DNA of 64,000 nucleotides, from positions 160,001 through 224,000 of IMG/VR virus record IMGVR_UViG_3300045988_170943; one strand, 5' to 3'. The DNA comes from a virus. Position 1 is the first letter of the stretch. Each line of letters starts with the position of its first letter. The notes under the pieces were generated by a model. That model was not told the origin of the DNA. It saw nothing but the letters and a program-made list of their open reading frames with translations, and made no database searches. Positions 1-9,970 of the stretch are shown piece by piece. Both the position numbers and the translations under genes were made by a program.

Positions 1-19
1 TGCGATTCTTGTCTGTCAT
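1..19 (-). CDS. 5' end of a gene that runs off the left edge (partial)
   Basis: Minus-strand ATG at 19..17 (MTDKNR...) preceded by a strong RBS-like AAGGAGAAGAGGGA at about 24..37. The body of the gene lies outside the window. Confidence 0.3.
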
Positions 20-118
20 ACTGTCCCTCTTCTCCTTGCCTGTGTTCCTGTTCTTGGTCTTGTTGACGGCGGCTATGATGAGCCCACCGATGATGATTGT
101 CTCTAACATACGTATCGC

Positions 119-2956
119 CTACTTCTCGGAGTTCTCACCGTCACTGCTGGTGCCACCGTCTGAATCAAGGTCGTCGCCATCCTTGGGCCCGTCAACCTGA
201 GATGAGGCGCTATCCGTGTCGGTCTCGGTGTCATCAGCGGGTGTGATTTCACCGACCTCGCCTGCATTGTCAGGTGTGTTGTTATCCTCGTGGGCTCCAT
301 CGTTCGGGGTGTCACTGTCGCCGCTGATAGCGTCACTCAGGGCCGCCTGTACCTCACTACCTGGGTTTACCGGCACGTAGTCGCGCTTCTCCACCTGGAT
401 TGATAGGGAGTCCTCGCCGTCCACGTGGTCAATGATCACAAGGTCGTCGTCGTCGATGGTGCCGTTGAGGAGTAGGACGGAAGCCTTCGTCGTGCCGGTC
501 TCCTTCACCAGCCCAATCACTGGGCGGGCTCCGCGCTCAGGGTCGTATCCTTCAGTGGACAGCCACTTCTTCGCATTGTTCGTGATCTCGAACTTGATGC
601 GGCGGCGAGCCATACGTTTCGTGAACTTGCTCACCTCCTTGTCAATGATCCGGCCCAGGCCCTCCTCGGTGAGAGTGTGGAAGATCACCTGGTTGTCCAG
701 GCGGTTCAGGAACTCTGGGCGGAAGTGGCCACGGATCGCGTCATTGACGGCCTGAGCCTTCTCCTCCTCACTCAGGGTCGGGTCAATCATGGCCCTGGAG
801 CCGAGGTTAGACGTCAGGATAATCACTGTGTTGCGGAAGTCAACCCGTTTCCCCTTGCTGTCTGTCAGGTGACCCTCATCAAGGACCTGGAGGAGAACAT
901 CGAACACCTCCGCGTTAGCCTTCTCCACCTCGTCAAACAGGATCACCGAGTAGGGGCGCTTACGGACAGCCTCAGTGAGGACACCACCCTCATCGTAGCC
1001 CACGTATCCGGGAGGTGCGCCCATGAGTTTCGCAACCGAGTGCTTCTCGGAGAACTCGGACATGTCAATGCGCACCATAGCCTGCTCATCATCGAACAGG
1101 AACTCCGCGAGCGCCTTCGCTGCCTCTGTCTTACCGGTACCGGACGGGCCAGAGAACAGGAAAGACCCGGTGGGGCGGTTCGGGTCCGCCAACCCGGCAC
1201 GCGACACACGGATAGCGTCAGCGATACTGGAAATAGCCTCATCCTGACCGAACAGGCGACCGCCCATGCGCTCCTCAATATGGAGCAGTTTCTCAGCCTC
1301 CTCCTCAAGGACCTTACCTGCCTTGATGCCAGTCTTCGACTCTACGGCACGGGCGATCTCGTTACGGCCTACAGACTCAGCGATCAGGGCGTCATCCAGG
1401 GACTTGACAACCTTGGCGATCTCATTCTCCAGGGACCTGGCCTCAGTCGCGGCTTTCTCGGCGTCCTCAATGTTACCGGCGTCCGCCTCCTCCTGGTAGC
1501 GCGCCTGGGCGTCAGCGAGACGACCCCTGGTTTCATCCAGGTGCTTCTTCGTCTCCTGCTCGCTGGCCCACCTGGCCGTCAGGTCAGCCAGTTCCTCCTC
1601 AGCCTCCACGATCTTGGTGCGCACCTCATCTAGGGCGATGCGAGCCTCAATGGACTCCTGACCCTTCAGGGAGTCGGCGTCGTGGCGGAGGTTTTCAAGG
1701 CCCTGCTCCAGGAAGTAGATACGGTCCGGCTTCGAGTCGATCTCCTGACGCATCTTCGCGGCAGCCGAGTCCAGCAGGTCAATGGCCTTGTCCGGCAGCC
1801 GATCCGCCGGAACATACCGGACAGACATCTCGATAGCGGCAGCCAGGGCGTCGTCACTGATTTGCACCCGATGAAAATCCTGATACCCTGGGACGAGACC
1901 ACGCAGAATCATGAGCGTGTCACGGTCTGACGGCTCCTCCACATCTACCTGCTGAAGGTAGCGGGACACGGACTCCTTCTCGATGTGGATACGGTATTTG
2001 TCGTTCGTGGTCTCACCAATGATGAGGATGTCTTCACGGACGAGGAAACCTCGAAGCGTGTCGGCGGCAGCGGACCCAGAGTTCAGGGCGTGGATACCCT
2101 CGATAGCGAGAACAATTTCACCGTTAGAGTCCTTCACCTCGTTCAGGAGGCCAACGAAGTTCTTCTCAAACTCTCCCTGAGAGGCAGAACTGGAACGCAT
2201 TGACGTCAGGTCCAGCAGCAGGATACGCCTACCGGGCAGGAACTCGACACTGCCATCATATGCTCTCTGGGCGAGAGAGAAGATGACGGAGGTCTTACCA
2301 ACGCCAGGGTCCCCAACTAGGACAGGAGTGTTCTTGCTGCGGCGGGACAGTAGTTGGACAACCTCACGGATCTCACGGTCACGGCCAATGACGACAGGAA
2401 GATCACCCTTGCTGGCCTTCTCGGTCAGATCAATGCAGAACCGGCCAGTCAGGCCACCATCCAGAGGCTTACTGATCCTGCTGCTGGCGGCTGCGGATGA
2501 CGTGGAAACGGCGGCAGAAGTTGGGGTAGGGGAGGGCGTCGCGCTTACGATGCGGATCCCAGCGCGCTGAAACTCCCCCAGGTTGTCACACAAGGACTTA
2601 ACGAGGTCTAGGACAGCGATCACGCCCGCACGGTCGTCGTCAGCGGCGTACTTTTTTGCGTCCCGGACGATCTTAAGCACCTCGGGGCCGACAGTCACGT
2701 TCACGTTCACAGGTGTGGGGGCAACTTGCTTCCCAGACTCGTTAGTGACGACACGCCGGTTTGCCTCCTCAATGAGGGCGTCAATGTGGGCCATGTCCAC
2801 GTGCGCCTCAATCAGGGCGGCCAGAACGACTGGTTGGTTTTTCATTGTCGCCACAAGGTGGTGAGGCAGGATCTCACGGTACCCTTGCTTGCGGGCTAGA
2901 TCCATGGACTCCTGTAGCCATTTCTCGCCCCCACTGGACGCTACACTCTTAGCCAC
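119..2956 (-). CDS. Clp/Hsp100 double-AAA+ ATPase (ClpB-like, with a long coiled-coil M-domain); divergent, with a long acidic C-terminal tail
   Basis: 945 aa. Clp_N-like N-terminus. D1 Walker A GDPGVGKT. Long coiled-coil middle domain. D2 Walker A GPSGTGKTE and Walker B VILFDEVEKA. D1 Walker B reads LLLDLTS (the Glu is replaced). About 150 aa D/E/S/T/G-rich C-terminal extension. Confidence 0.85.
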   Translation of the reverse strand: MAKSVASSGGEKWLQESMDLARKQGYREILPHHLVATMKNQPVVLAALIEAHVDMAHIDALIEEANRRVVTNESGKQVAPTPVNVNVTVGPEVLKIVRDAKKYAADDDRAGVIAVLDLVKSLCDNLGEFQRAGIRIVSATPSPTPTSAAVSTSSAAASSRISKPLDGGLTGRFCIDLTEKASKGDLPVVIGRDREIREVVQLLSRRSKNTPVLVGDPGVGKTSVIFSLAQRAYDGSVEFLPGRRILLLDLTSMRSSSASQGEFEKNFVGLLNEVKDSNGEIVLAIEGIHALNSGSAAADTLRGFLVREDILIIGETTNDKYRIHIEKESVSRYLQQVDVEEPSDRDTLMILRGLVPGYQDFHRVQISDDALAAAIEMSVRYVPADRLPDKAIDLLDSAAAKMRQEIDSKPDRIYFLEQGLENLRHDADSLKGQESIEARIALDEVRTKIVEAEEELADLTARWASEQETKKHLDETRGRLADAQARYQEEADAGNIEDAEKAATEARSLENEIAKVVKSLDDALIAESVGRNEIARAVESKTGIKAGKVLEEEAEKLLHIEERMGGRLFGQDEAISSIADAIRVSRAGLADPNRPTGSFLFSGPSGTGKTEAAKALAEFLFDDEQAMVRIDMSEFSEKHSVAKLMGAPPGYVGYDEGGVLTEAVRKRPYSVILFDEVEKANAEVFDVLLQVLDEGHLTDSKGKRVDFRNTVIILTSNLGSRAMIDPTLSEEEKAQAVNDAIRGHFRPEFLNRLDNQVIFHTLTEEGLGRIIDKEVSKFTKRMARRRIKFEITNNAKKWLSTEGYDPERGARPVIGLVKETGTTKASVLLLNGTIDDDDLVIIDHVDGEDSLSIQVEKRDYVPVNPGSEVQAALSDAISGDSDTPNDGAHEDNNTPDNAGEVGEITPADDTETDTDSASSQVDGPKDGDDLDSDGGTSSDGENSEK

Positions 2957-3107
2957 TACTGCTCCTTAGCGGTCCTGTTGTTTGCCTTATTGTGGCCAAT
3001 AGTATCAGAGGTCACGCTCACTGTCAACAGGGTCAGGCACATCGGGGTCGTAATGCCCTGTCAGATGGTTTCTTGCATGTGGGTGGGGCTTGCTCTTGCT
3101 GGCTGAT

Positions 3108-3575
3108 TCAGGCAGCCGCAGCCATGACGGCTACCTGACGGTACGCACCCCGGAAGTCGTTACGCTCACGGATAGTGACACCGGGGCGGGCATAGGCGAA
3201 CATGTCTGACAGCGACTCGCTCATGCGACTAGTGGCCCTTGTGACACTGTGACGCACTTTGAAACGCCCCCATGACCGGAGTGCCGCCGCCTGGGCATCC
3301 CACGCCTCCACATACTCCAGAGGCTCAATGTACTCCATCTGCTGCCATGCATCCATGTATGCCCCATAGGTGTTCACTAGCAGGGCGAGGACGTGCCTGT
3401 CGTGCCTGCTGATGGAGGTGTCTCGGCGGGCGGCGATCTCTACTGACAGGGCCACGATGATACCAGCCATGGCGCGACGGTTGATGGTGTAGTTCAGGTC
3501 GCGTCGGGTCATGGCGAGGTCTCCTCTGGTAGGTGCTGGTGAGTGCCCGCCTTCACCTTGGCGGCACCACCTCAT
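3108..3575 (-). CDS. hypothetical protein (likely starts at the internal Met MTRRDLNY...)
   Basis: 155-aa ORF on the minus strand with coding-like codon bias. No recognisable motifs. Confidence 0.3.
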   Translation of the reverse strand: MRWCRQGEGGHSPAPTRGDLAMTRRDLNYTINRRAMAGIIVALSVEIAARRDTSISRHDRHVLALLVNTYGAYMDAWQQMEYIEPLEYVEAWDAQAAALRSWGRFKVRHSVTRATSRMSESLSDMFAYARPGVTIRERNDFRGAYRQVAVMAAAA

Positions 3576-3895
3576 CCTACCTCAGGAGGCACCTCTGACG
3601 CAACTGTGATTTGGCTCCATTTCAACGAAAGATGGTTGTTTATGTGTGCTTTTCCGCATGTGTTTACCAGGAGTGTTTATGTGGTACTATACACGGACAT
3701 TCTTGCCTCGCACACTCATTGAGCGGGTGGCGTTTTCGTTGACCAGTTTCTGGTTCGGGTGTGCTTTCTGGTTCCGTCCGGCGATATCGCGTGTTTCCTG
3801 TTTCAGAGGTAGTGGTAGCCGGTAAACCATTGCCAACTACAGGGGTGTTGTTCACTGGGTTTACCGGCTACCGACGTAGAGGGACTGATTGTGAT

Positions 3896-4273
3896 TTATG
3901 TGTGCCTGAAGCGTTTGCGGTAGAGGGCCTTGTTCAGGGTCTCCACCATGACCCTGGTTTCAGCGCAGTCAACCGCTGATACCACACGAAAACTGCCTGT
4001 GTCGGGGTTGTGGACCAGTTCAGCGGATGAGCACCTATCCCCTTGGAACCAGAACACTTCTGGGATGTTGGTGGTGTAGGCGTCCAGGAACTCTCGTCTC
4101 TTGTGTTGACAGAAGATCTTCGCCGCTTCGCTCATGTGTGGGAACTTGAACATTCTGACATGCTCATCTAGAAGATGATACAGGTTGCTGGCGTCTGCTA
4201 CTGACATCTTCGTCATAACGGATTCCCCTTTTGCTGATGTTCTGTCTTTTGAGGAAGGTCGGAGGTGGGCCAC
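3896..4273 (-). CDS. hypothetical protein
   Basis: 125-aa minus-strand ORF. No motif recognised. Confidence 0.3.
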   Translation of the reverse strand: MAHLRPSSKDRTSAKGESVMTKMSVADASNLYHLLDEHVRMFKFPHMSEAAKIFCQHKRREFLDAYTTNIPEVFWFQGDRCSSAELVHNPDTGSFRVVSAVDCAETRVMVETLNKALYRKRFRHT

Positions 4274-4417
4274 TATGGAGAGCGGCCCCCCCTGGGGACG
4301 CGAGGACTGGGCGCGTTACCTGAGGTTAATATCCCTGGGCAACCCGCTGACTCCCTACCTTACTGCCGCGGTAGAGCGTCCGGGCCGCGACACAGGAATC
4401 TGGATGGGGGCGTGTTG

Positions 4418-5473
4418 TCAATCGTCAGAACTGTGCTCATCGTTCAGGATCGGCATGTCGTAAAAACCTAGTGCCAACGTGCATGACTCCCCCATCCCCT
4501 GGGCGGCGAACAGGGCGCACGCCAGCAGTTGCTCAGGTGTGAAGTCTGTGCCCTCTGGGGTAAACGCCTTCAATACCTTGAAAGCCTCCCGTAGTGGCGG
4601 CTCATCGAATAGGTACAGGTACAGGGACAGTACCTCATCCCACTTGTCACTGTCCCAGTGGCCCCGTAGCATCAGTTTCAGATCACTGCCCTGCCCGGAG
4701 AACATGAACCACTGGGTCTTGCGCACGTCTTCCCACTCGGCCTCATCCTCGATCATGTTGACCAGTTCCAGGACCATGCGGACACCTCCGGTACTGCTGC
4801 TGGGGAGGGATAGTAGCAGTACCGCCCCAGCAGCAGTGGTTGCCTGGGATATGAGGTGCTGGCGTCTGCGCACCCGCCCCATGATGGCCTCCTGGGACTC
4901 TCTCATGGTTGCTGTGCGCATTACTTTTGATGCCGTTTCCATGCCCAGAGCGTCCACGAGGTCTGAGAACAGGGCGAACGTGTTCATTGTGGCATTCATG
5001 ATGATGGGGACCCCCATTTCCAGGAGGGCCGCAACGATAGGTTTGGTGCTGACTCTGTTCTTCACCTGTCTCAGGGTGGAGTGTACAGCATGGCCTCTAA
5101 GCCCGATGGAAAGCATCTCTTCCAAGAGTGCCACCCCACCAGCAGACACTCTGTGAACAAATACGTCTGATGGCCCCAACCCAGTCGTCTCCACCTCTGA
5201 ATAGCCGTCACTGTCAGGTGGGCTGATCCTGTAGGTGAAACCTAGACTCTCCTGGTGTGCAGTGATAGTGACTGTGCCGTCAGTGGCGACGGTTCTAGTC
5301 GTACTCGCCGTATTCACAGTCAGCATCAGGCATACTCCATAGGGTCCAAGTACAGGGGTTGGTGGTAGTCCGTTGGAAGGATAGCAGTCCAGGCGTAGTA
5401 GTGCAACCAGCCGCCTTGTCTCACTACCTGGCAACAGGCGCCCTACCCGTGAAAGGTGCGGAACGTGAACCAT
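4418..5473 (-). CDS. hypothetical protein
   Basis: 351-aa minus-strand ORF, the last gene of the minus-strand block. It diverges from the + strand array that begins at 5586. Confidence 0.4.
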   Translation of the reverse strand: MVHVPHLSRVGRLLPGSETRRLVALLRLDCYPSNGLPPTPVLGPYGVCLMLTVNTASTTRTVATDGTVTITAHQESLGFTYRISPPDSDGYSEVETTGLGPSDVFVHRVSAGGVALLEEMLSIGLRGHAVHSTLRQVKNRVSTKPIVAALLEMGVPIIMNATMNTFALFSDLVDALGMETASKVMRTATMRESQEAIMGRVRRRQHLISQATTAAGAVLLLSLPSSSTGGVRMVLELVNMIEDEAEWEDVRKTQWFMFSGQGSDLKLMLRGHWDSDKWDEVLSLYLYLFDEPPLREAFKVLKAFTPEGTDFTPEQLLACALFAAQGMGESCTLALGFYDMPILNDEHSSDD

Positions 5474-5585
5474 GTACCTCTCCCCACCTACCCTCGGCCC
5501 CTTTCTGTCCTACCAACCTAGTGATATTCGCCGCATTGAAGAAAACCGCCACCCCAGCCCCTCACTGAGGTGAGCAACCCCACAG

Positions 5586-6317
5586 GTGACGGCAGACACA
5601 AAAGACGAAACCTCCTTTTGGGAAGGGTTATGTATGACAGACTTCAGTGACCTCACCTTCGAGGACAATGCGGACCAGCGCGGGCCGGTAATGATCGTCC
5701 TCGACTGCTCCGACTCCATGACGGCCATCCAGGACGGTATGACACAGAGCCCTCTCCAGGAACTCAACGCAGCCCTAGATGTCCTTATCGCCGAGATCGA
5801 CCGGGACAAGTTGTCACGCCGACGCGCAGACATATCCTTCCTGCCCTATGGGACCGAGCCAGCAGCCCCCACACCTTTCGCTACCGTGGACTCACGACAG
5901 ATCATTGTTCCTGAACTCTACGGGATGGGGCTCACCTACACGGCGAAAGCCCTAGAAGCCGCTATCGACCACCTGGAGACCCGCAAACAGGAGTACCGGA
6001 ACAACGGGGTCCCCTACAACCGGCCACTACTGTTCCTCCTCAGTGACGGTCTCGCCATGGACGACCTGACCTCCGTGTCGCAGCGGATTAAGGACTTGGA
6101 GGCGCAGAAGAAACTCTCGTTCTTCCCGGTTGGGGTCACGGACGCCGACATGGATCAGTTGTCCAGCATCGGGACACGCAACGCCCTAAAGGTGTCGGAC
6201 GGGAAACTTGCAGAACTGTTCCAGTGGCTCTCCGCCTCCGTGGCCTCCGTGTCGGCGTCAGCCCCAGGTGACGACAAGGTGAAACTTCCTGCACCAACCG
6301 ACTGGGCAGAGTTCTAA
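5586..6317 (+). CDS. von Willebrand factor A (vWA) domain protein, TerY-like
   Basis: MIDAS motif in VMIVLDCSDSM (DxSxS), followed by the typical vWA beta-alpha pattern. The start may instead be the internal Met MTDFSDL at about 5634. Confidence 0.7.
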   Translation: MTADTKDETSFWEGLCMTDFSDLTFEDNADQRGPVMIVLDCSDSMTAIQDGMTQSPLQELNAALDVLIAEIDRDKLSRRRADISFLPYGTEPAAPTPFATVDSRQIIVPELYGMGLTYTAKALEAAIDHLETRKQEYRNNGVPYNRPLLFLLSDGLAMDDLTSVSQRIKDLEAQKKLSFFPVGVTDADMDQLSSIGTRNALKVSDGKLAELFQWLSASVASVSASAPGDDKVKLPAPTDWAEF

Positions 6318-6331
6318 ACCACCCAGTTCTT

Positions 6332-6385
6332 GAGCGCCCCTCCGGTCACCCTGCTACCACGGCCGGAGGGGCGCTCCATGTCTTT
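6332..6385 (+). terminator. intrinsic-terminator-like hairpin after the vWA gene
   Basis: Perfect 14-bp inverted repeat GAGCGCCCCTCCGG (6332..6345) / CCGGAGGGGCGCTC (6363..6376), then a T-rich CATGTCTTTTCCC. Confidence 0.55.
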
Positions 6386-6422
6386 TCCCACCCTCCGCAA
6401 AACCACGTGACACCAACAGGTG

Positions 6423-6451
6423 TTGACACTACCGGTTCTCTCCTGTACGAT
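6423..6451 (+). promoter_or_regulatory. sigma-70/sigmaA-type promoter (-35 TTGACA, 17-bp spacer, -10 TACGAT)
   Basis: TTGACA at 6423..6428, a 17-nt spacer, TACGAT at 6446..6451. It lies about 50 nt upstream of the small ORF at 6501 and its RBS AGGAAGG. Confidence 0.5.
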
Positions 6452-6500
6452 CCACGCCAGTTCAACTTATAGTCAACCACCAAAAGGAAGGTGAATGAGA

Positions 6501-6776
6501 ATGCCTAACGCAACACAGAACGCACTCACCGTCAGTCGTGAGGCTCACGCACTCGCCGTGCTCGGCATTGACACCAGCATCCCCGCATATGGGACTGGAT
6601 ACCCGACAATCCCTCGTGACCGCGTGTGGGACGTTGCCGCAGATCGTGACCACTTGGTTGTGACGCTCCTGGAGCGTGACACAAAGCGGGCCGTACGTAA
6701 GACGAGCCGCCACAAGTACAATGTTGACGGCCACGAGTCTGTGATCGAGATGATGCGAGAAATCGCCGAAAAGTAG
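6501..6776 (+). CDS. small hypothetical protein (91 aa) embedded in the vWA/PP2C/kinase cluster
   Basis: ATG at 6501 with RBS AGGAAGG (6485..6491) at 9-nt spacing. The near-consensus promoter lies upstream. A hairpin (6810..6860) follows. Confidence 0.4.
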   Translation: MPNATQNALTVSREAHALAVLGIDTSIPAYGTGYPTIPRDRVWDVAADRDHLVVTLLERDTKRAVRKTSRHKYNVDGHESVIEMMREIAEK

Positions 6777-7023
6777 GATCACTGTCGTTTGCAGTGTCAA
6801 CTTATTGCTCACTGGGCCCGCCCCACGCCTGAAACAATGGTGACTGAGGCGGGTCCAGTGCATACTCTGCCGCCCCCAAGCAACCCCGTAAATCCGTATG
6901 CCACTGCTGTTCAAACCATGTTTCCCTTGCAGTGATCTGTCGCATCCGCACGTTAGTGCCAGCGATATTTCACCCCATTAAAGCACCATTACAAGCACTA
7001 AAACGTTAACTGATCGGGGAACC

Positions 7024-7707
7024 ATGGACATTTACGCTGGCACCATCACCGGCCCCTACCATGAGCAACGTGGAGAAACCAGCCAGGACGCATACTGGTT
7101 CCTCCAAGAGAGAGGGTTCACAGTACTCGCAGTGGCCGATGGGGCTGGTAGCCTCCCCCGATCAGGGGTGGGTGCGGAGATCGCCGTGAACACTGCCGTC
7201 AATGAGACCATGGATGACCTGCTGGGTGGGGAGTCCTTTGAGGAGGCGGTCAGGAGTGGCATCGAGTGTGCCCAGACCTCTTTGACAATCCGGGACGACG
7301 CCCACGAGATCGGGTGCACACTCGCCTTGGCCGCCTACCATGAAGACGGCGGATGGGCGGCGGGAACTATCGGTGACTCCTTCATCGTTGTCACCGCTGA
7401 TCGGGACACGCACACTCTGATCACCTCCCCCAAACCAAGCGAGTTCAACAACATCACTCACCTACTCACCACCAGCAACGCGCAACCCACCATTGAGCAT
7501 GGGGAGGACCGACCACTCATGATCTCCGTCGCCACTGACGGGCTGGCCGGAGCGTCAACAAAATCTGGGGCACCCTCTGGGGCGTTCTGGGCCAAGGTCA
7601 GCGACTATGCCACCTCAGGTGAAGGACTCGATGTTGACGCGCTCCTAGAGTTCATGAACGCTGAGGGCCGGATCGAAGACGACACCACTCTCATCATTGG
7701 CACCTGA
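7024..7707 (+). CDS. PP2C-family Ser/Thr protein phosphatase
   Basis: PP2C-like motifs: VLAVADGAGS (compare aVaDGmGG), GDSFIVV (GDSR-like) and VATDGL. 227 aa. Confidence 0.7.
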   Translation: MDIYAGTITGPYHEQRGETSQDAYWFLQERGFTVLAVADGAGSLPRSGVGAEIAVNTAVNETMDDLLGGESFEEAVRSGIECAQTSLTIRDDAHEIGCTLALAAYHEDGGWAAGTIGDSFIVVTADRDTHTLITSPKPSEFNNITHLLTTSNAQPTIEHGEDRPLMISVATDGLAGASTKSGAPSGAFWAKVSDYATSGEGLDVDALLEFMNAEGRIEDDTTLIIGT

Positions 7708-7866
7708 CCCCCACCACGCCAGCACAAACACCCCGAGCACATAGCAGTCAAGCCAGCCCCACGCAAGACCATCCGTCAACGCCACACCGTCTCTCGCAGT
7801 GACTTGATTTGTTGTGGTTTCTGTGGTTCCTGATATTGTGTTCTGAGTTGTTGAGGAGGTTATGGT

Positions 7867-8466
7867 TTGTCTGGTCGGTTGTTGAAGATTGGTGAGGTTG
7901 CGCGTCTGCTGGGGGTGTCTACGTCTAGGGTGCGTGATTATGCTCGTGAGGGTCGTCTGGAGTTCTCGTTGACTCCGGGCGGGCAGCGGGTGTTCGACCG
8001 GGCTGTGGTGGATCAATTCATGGGTGCTTCCCCGGACGGTGGGTGTGTGTTCTATGTGCGCTCGTCGAAGGGCAACAAGGGTGCGATGGATACTCAGGTG
8101 CGGGAACTCACTGAAGTGTTTGGTGAGCCGTCTCGGGTATACCGTGATGCTGGGAGTGGCCTGAATGAGAACCGGAAGGGACTGTGGCGACTCATCAGTG
8201 ACGCTGAGCGCGGTGGTTTCTCCAAGGTGTGTGTAACTCACGAGGACCGCCTGTCCAGGTTCGGGGTCGCCTTCATCAGGAGAATCCTGAAGGATCGAGG
8301 CGTTGAGGTGGCCATCCTGCACGATGACAAGCGGTCTGACCGTGAGGAGATACTGTTGGACTTCATGGCGATCCTGGCTTCGTTCTCTGGGCGCTACTAC
8401 CGGCTCCGGTCCAGGCGTGAGCAGAACGACCTACTGGATGAGGCCAGGAGTGCCCTGAATGGGTAA
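7867..8466 (+). CDS. tnpA: IS607-type transposase TnpA (MerR-like HTH + serine recombinase catalytic domain)
   Basis: N-terminal MerR-type HTH (IGEVARLLGVSTSRVRDYAREG). Serine-recombinase core VFYVRSSKGNKGAMDTQ. 199 aa. Overlaps the tnpB start by 8 nt. Confidence 0.8.
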   Translation: MSGRLLKIGEVARLLGVSTSRVRDYAREGRLEFSLTPGGQRVFDRAVVDQFMGASPDGGCVFYVRSSKGNKGAMDTQVRELTEVFGEPSRVYRDAGSGLNENRKGLWRLISDAERGGFSKVCVTHEDRLSRFGVAFIRRILKDRGVEVAILHDDKRSDREEILLDFMAILASFSGRYYRLRSRREQNDLLDEARSALNG

Positions 8467-9901
8467 GGTCAGAACGTCTGTCGCCTTGCGGCACTTCGGC
8501 ACACCAGGCCATGATCATGATGCGGTGCATGTTGACCTGGTGTCGATGGTGCGTATGGTGCAGGCCGCCGCTACCGAGTTCACCATGTCACCGGCTTATG
8601 GTGACCTGATCAGGCGTATCCTGTCCGGCGACGTGAAGGTCGGGACACGGAAGAACCACAGCGGTAGGGGAAACGTCCCGGACGTGTTCTTCCCATGCAA
8701 CCGGTACAACATGAACGAGATGCTTCGCGCCCTGGTGATGGGGCACATCGAGACACATGCAGTAAGTACTGGACTGTTCCAGGTCATGGGCGACAACCCG
8801 ACCGAACGTGACCCCAAGACAGTGGCGTCCCTGTTCCGCGACGTCTACCCCAAAACCGCGTTGAGGGTCCCGTGGCGCACGGCCAGGTCCCACGTTCACC
8901 GGTACCATGACAAGGGCCAGAGGACACCACAGGACCCCAGAGTCCCAGCGAAGATCGACCTGTCTGCTTGCGACGGACACTACCTGAAACTAGAGGCCAA
9001 CAGACGTGACGTAACCTTGTGGTTTCGGAGGCTCCAGACAGCCAAAAACGTCACCCTGACGTTCCGCCTGCCCAGAGGGCAGAGGTTTCAGGGCAACAAG
9101 GTGTGCAAACCCACCATCCAGGTTGCGGGTGAGGAACTCATCTTCAGGTTCACCATCGAGAAGACCGTCGCAGACCGCGCCCCCTCCAAAGTGATGGGAG
9201 TGGATCTCGGTAAGGTCGAGCCCTACACCGCCACCATCATCAACGAGCAGGAGAACCACCACTCCGCACCATTTCAAGCATCCAGAAAGATCAAGCACCT
9301 CAACGGCCGCTACGACGACCTGATCCGACGCGCCCAACACCTTGAGGTCAAGGCGTCCCGCTGCCAGGCCAGCGGACACCGCCACAAAGCATCCGTACTC
9401 ACCAGCCACGCCCAGAACATCCGGGCGGCCGCCAGACGAGTCAAGGGCGAAACTACCCACCAGATCGCACATGAGATCGCCGAGACAGCATCCAAGCGCG
9501 ACACCGCCGTCGCCCTGGAGGACCTGTCCTGGCTGAACCACATGGGCGGACGCTGGAACCACTCAGAGACCCAGGAAGCCATCACCAACGCCTGCCGACG
9601 CCGAGGCATCCCCGTCAGAAAAGTCAACGCGCGCGACACCTCCAACACCTGCACCCGGTGCGGCAGCACAGTCACCCACAACCGGCGGAACAACACCTGC
9701 ACCACATGCAGATTCACCATCAACCGTGACGTCGCAGCATCCAGAGAGATCGCCTTACGCGCCACAAGAAACAAGCACAGGGAGCCGCTTCGCCAACGGA
9801 AGCGGCAGAGCATGACGGTCACGCACCAGTCAGCCCCGGCCACCACCATGAGTGGTACCGGCCCACAGGCAACCATGCCTGAAACGTCAGGTCAGGGGTG
9901 A
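8459..9901 (+). CDS. tnpB: TnpB (IS605/IS607 OrfB family RuvC-like, RNA-guided nuclease family)
   Basis: 480 aa. RuvC-like motifs (GVDLGKVEPYTATII). C-terminal zinc finger CTRCGSTVTHNRRNNTCTTC followed by INRDVAASREIALRA. Confidence 0.85.
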   Translation: MGKVRTSVALRHFGTPGHDHDAVHVDLVSMVRMVQAAATEFTMSPAYGDLIRRILSGDVKVGTRKNHSGRGNVPDVFFPCNRYNMNEMLRALVMGHIETHAVSTGLFQVMGDNPTERDPKTVASLFRDVYPKTALRVPWRTARSHVHRYHDKGQRTPQDPRVPAKIDLSACDGHYLKLEANRRDVTLWFRRLQTAKNVTLTFRLPRGQRFQGNKVCKPTIQVAGEELIFRFTIEKTVADRAPSKVMGVDLGKVEPYTATIINEQENHHSAPFQASRKIKHLNGRYDDLIRRAQHLEVKASRCQASGHRHKASVLTSHAQNIRAAARRVKGETTHQIAHEIAETASKRDTAVALEDLSWLNHMGGRWNHSETQEAITNACRRRGIPVRKVNARDTSNTCTRCGSTVTHNRRNNTCTTCRFTINRDVAASREIALRATRNKHREPLRQRKRQSMTVTHQSAPATTMSGTGPQATMPETSGQG

Positions 9902-9970
9902 GGCCCACAGAGAACACAGATTTTCTAGAAAACCCAACCCAACTGACGAGCGTAGAGAGAATACACACTG

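Larger units (their letters stand above)
7795..9935 (+). mobile_element. IS607-family insertion sequence (tnpA serine recombinase + tnpB); boundaries approximate
   Basis: About 2.1 kb containing the overlapping tnpA and tnpB genes. A T-rich low-GC left end begins near 7800. Inserted in the 2.26-kb gap between the PP2C stop (7707) and the kinase start (9971). IS607 elements have no terminal inverted repeats, so ends cannot be set by eye. Confidence 0.55.

Noticed and set aside
432-2864. Numerous + strand ORFs (for example 677..1633, 1023..1247, 2283..2570) overlapping the ClpB-like gene
   Set aside because: They lie entirely inside a well-supported 945-aa minus-strand gene. Their Arg/Ser/Pro-rich translations are typical of antisense frames in high-GC DNA.
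8588-9876. Minus-strand ORFs 8588..8980, 8990..9562 and 9310..9876 inside tnpB
   Set aside because: Antisense to a conserved TnpB with clear motifs. Low-complexity G/V/L-rich translations.
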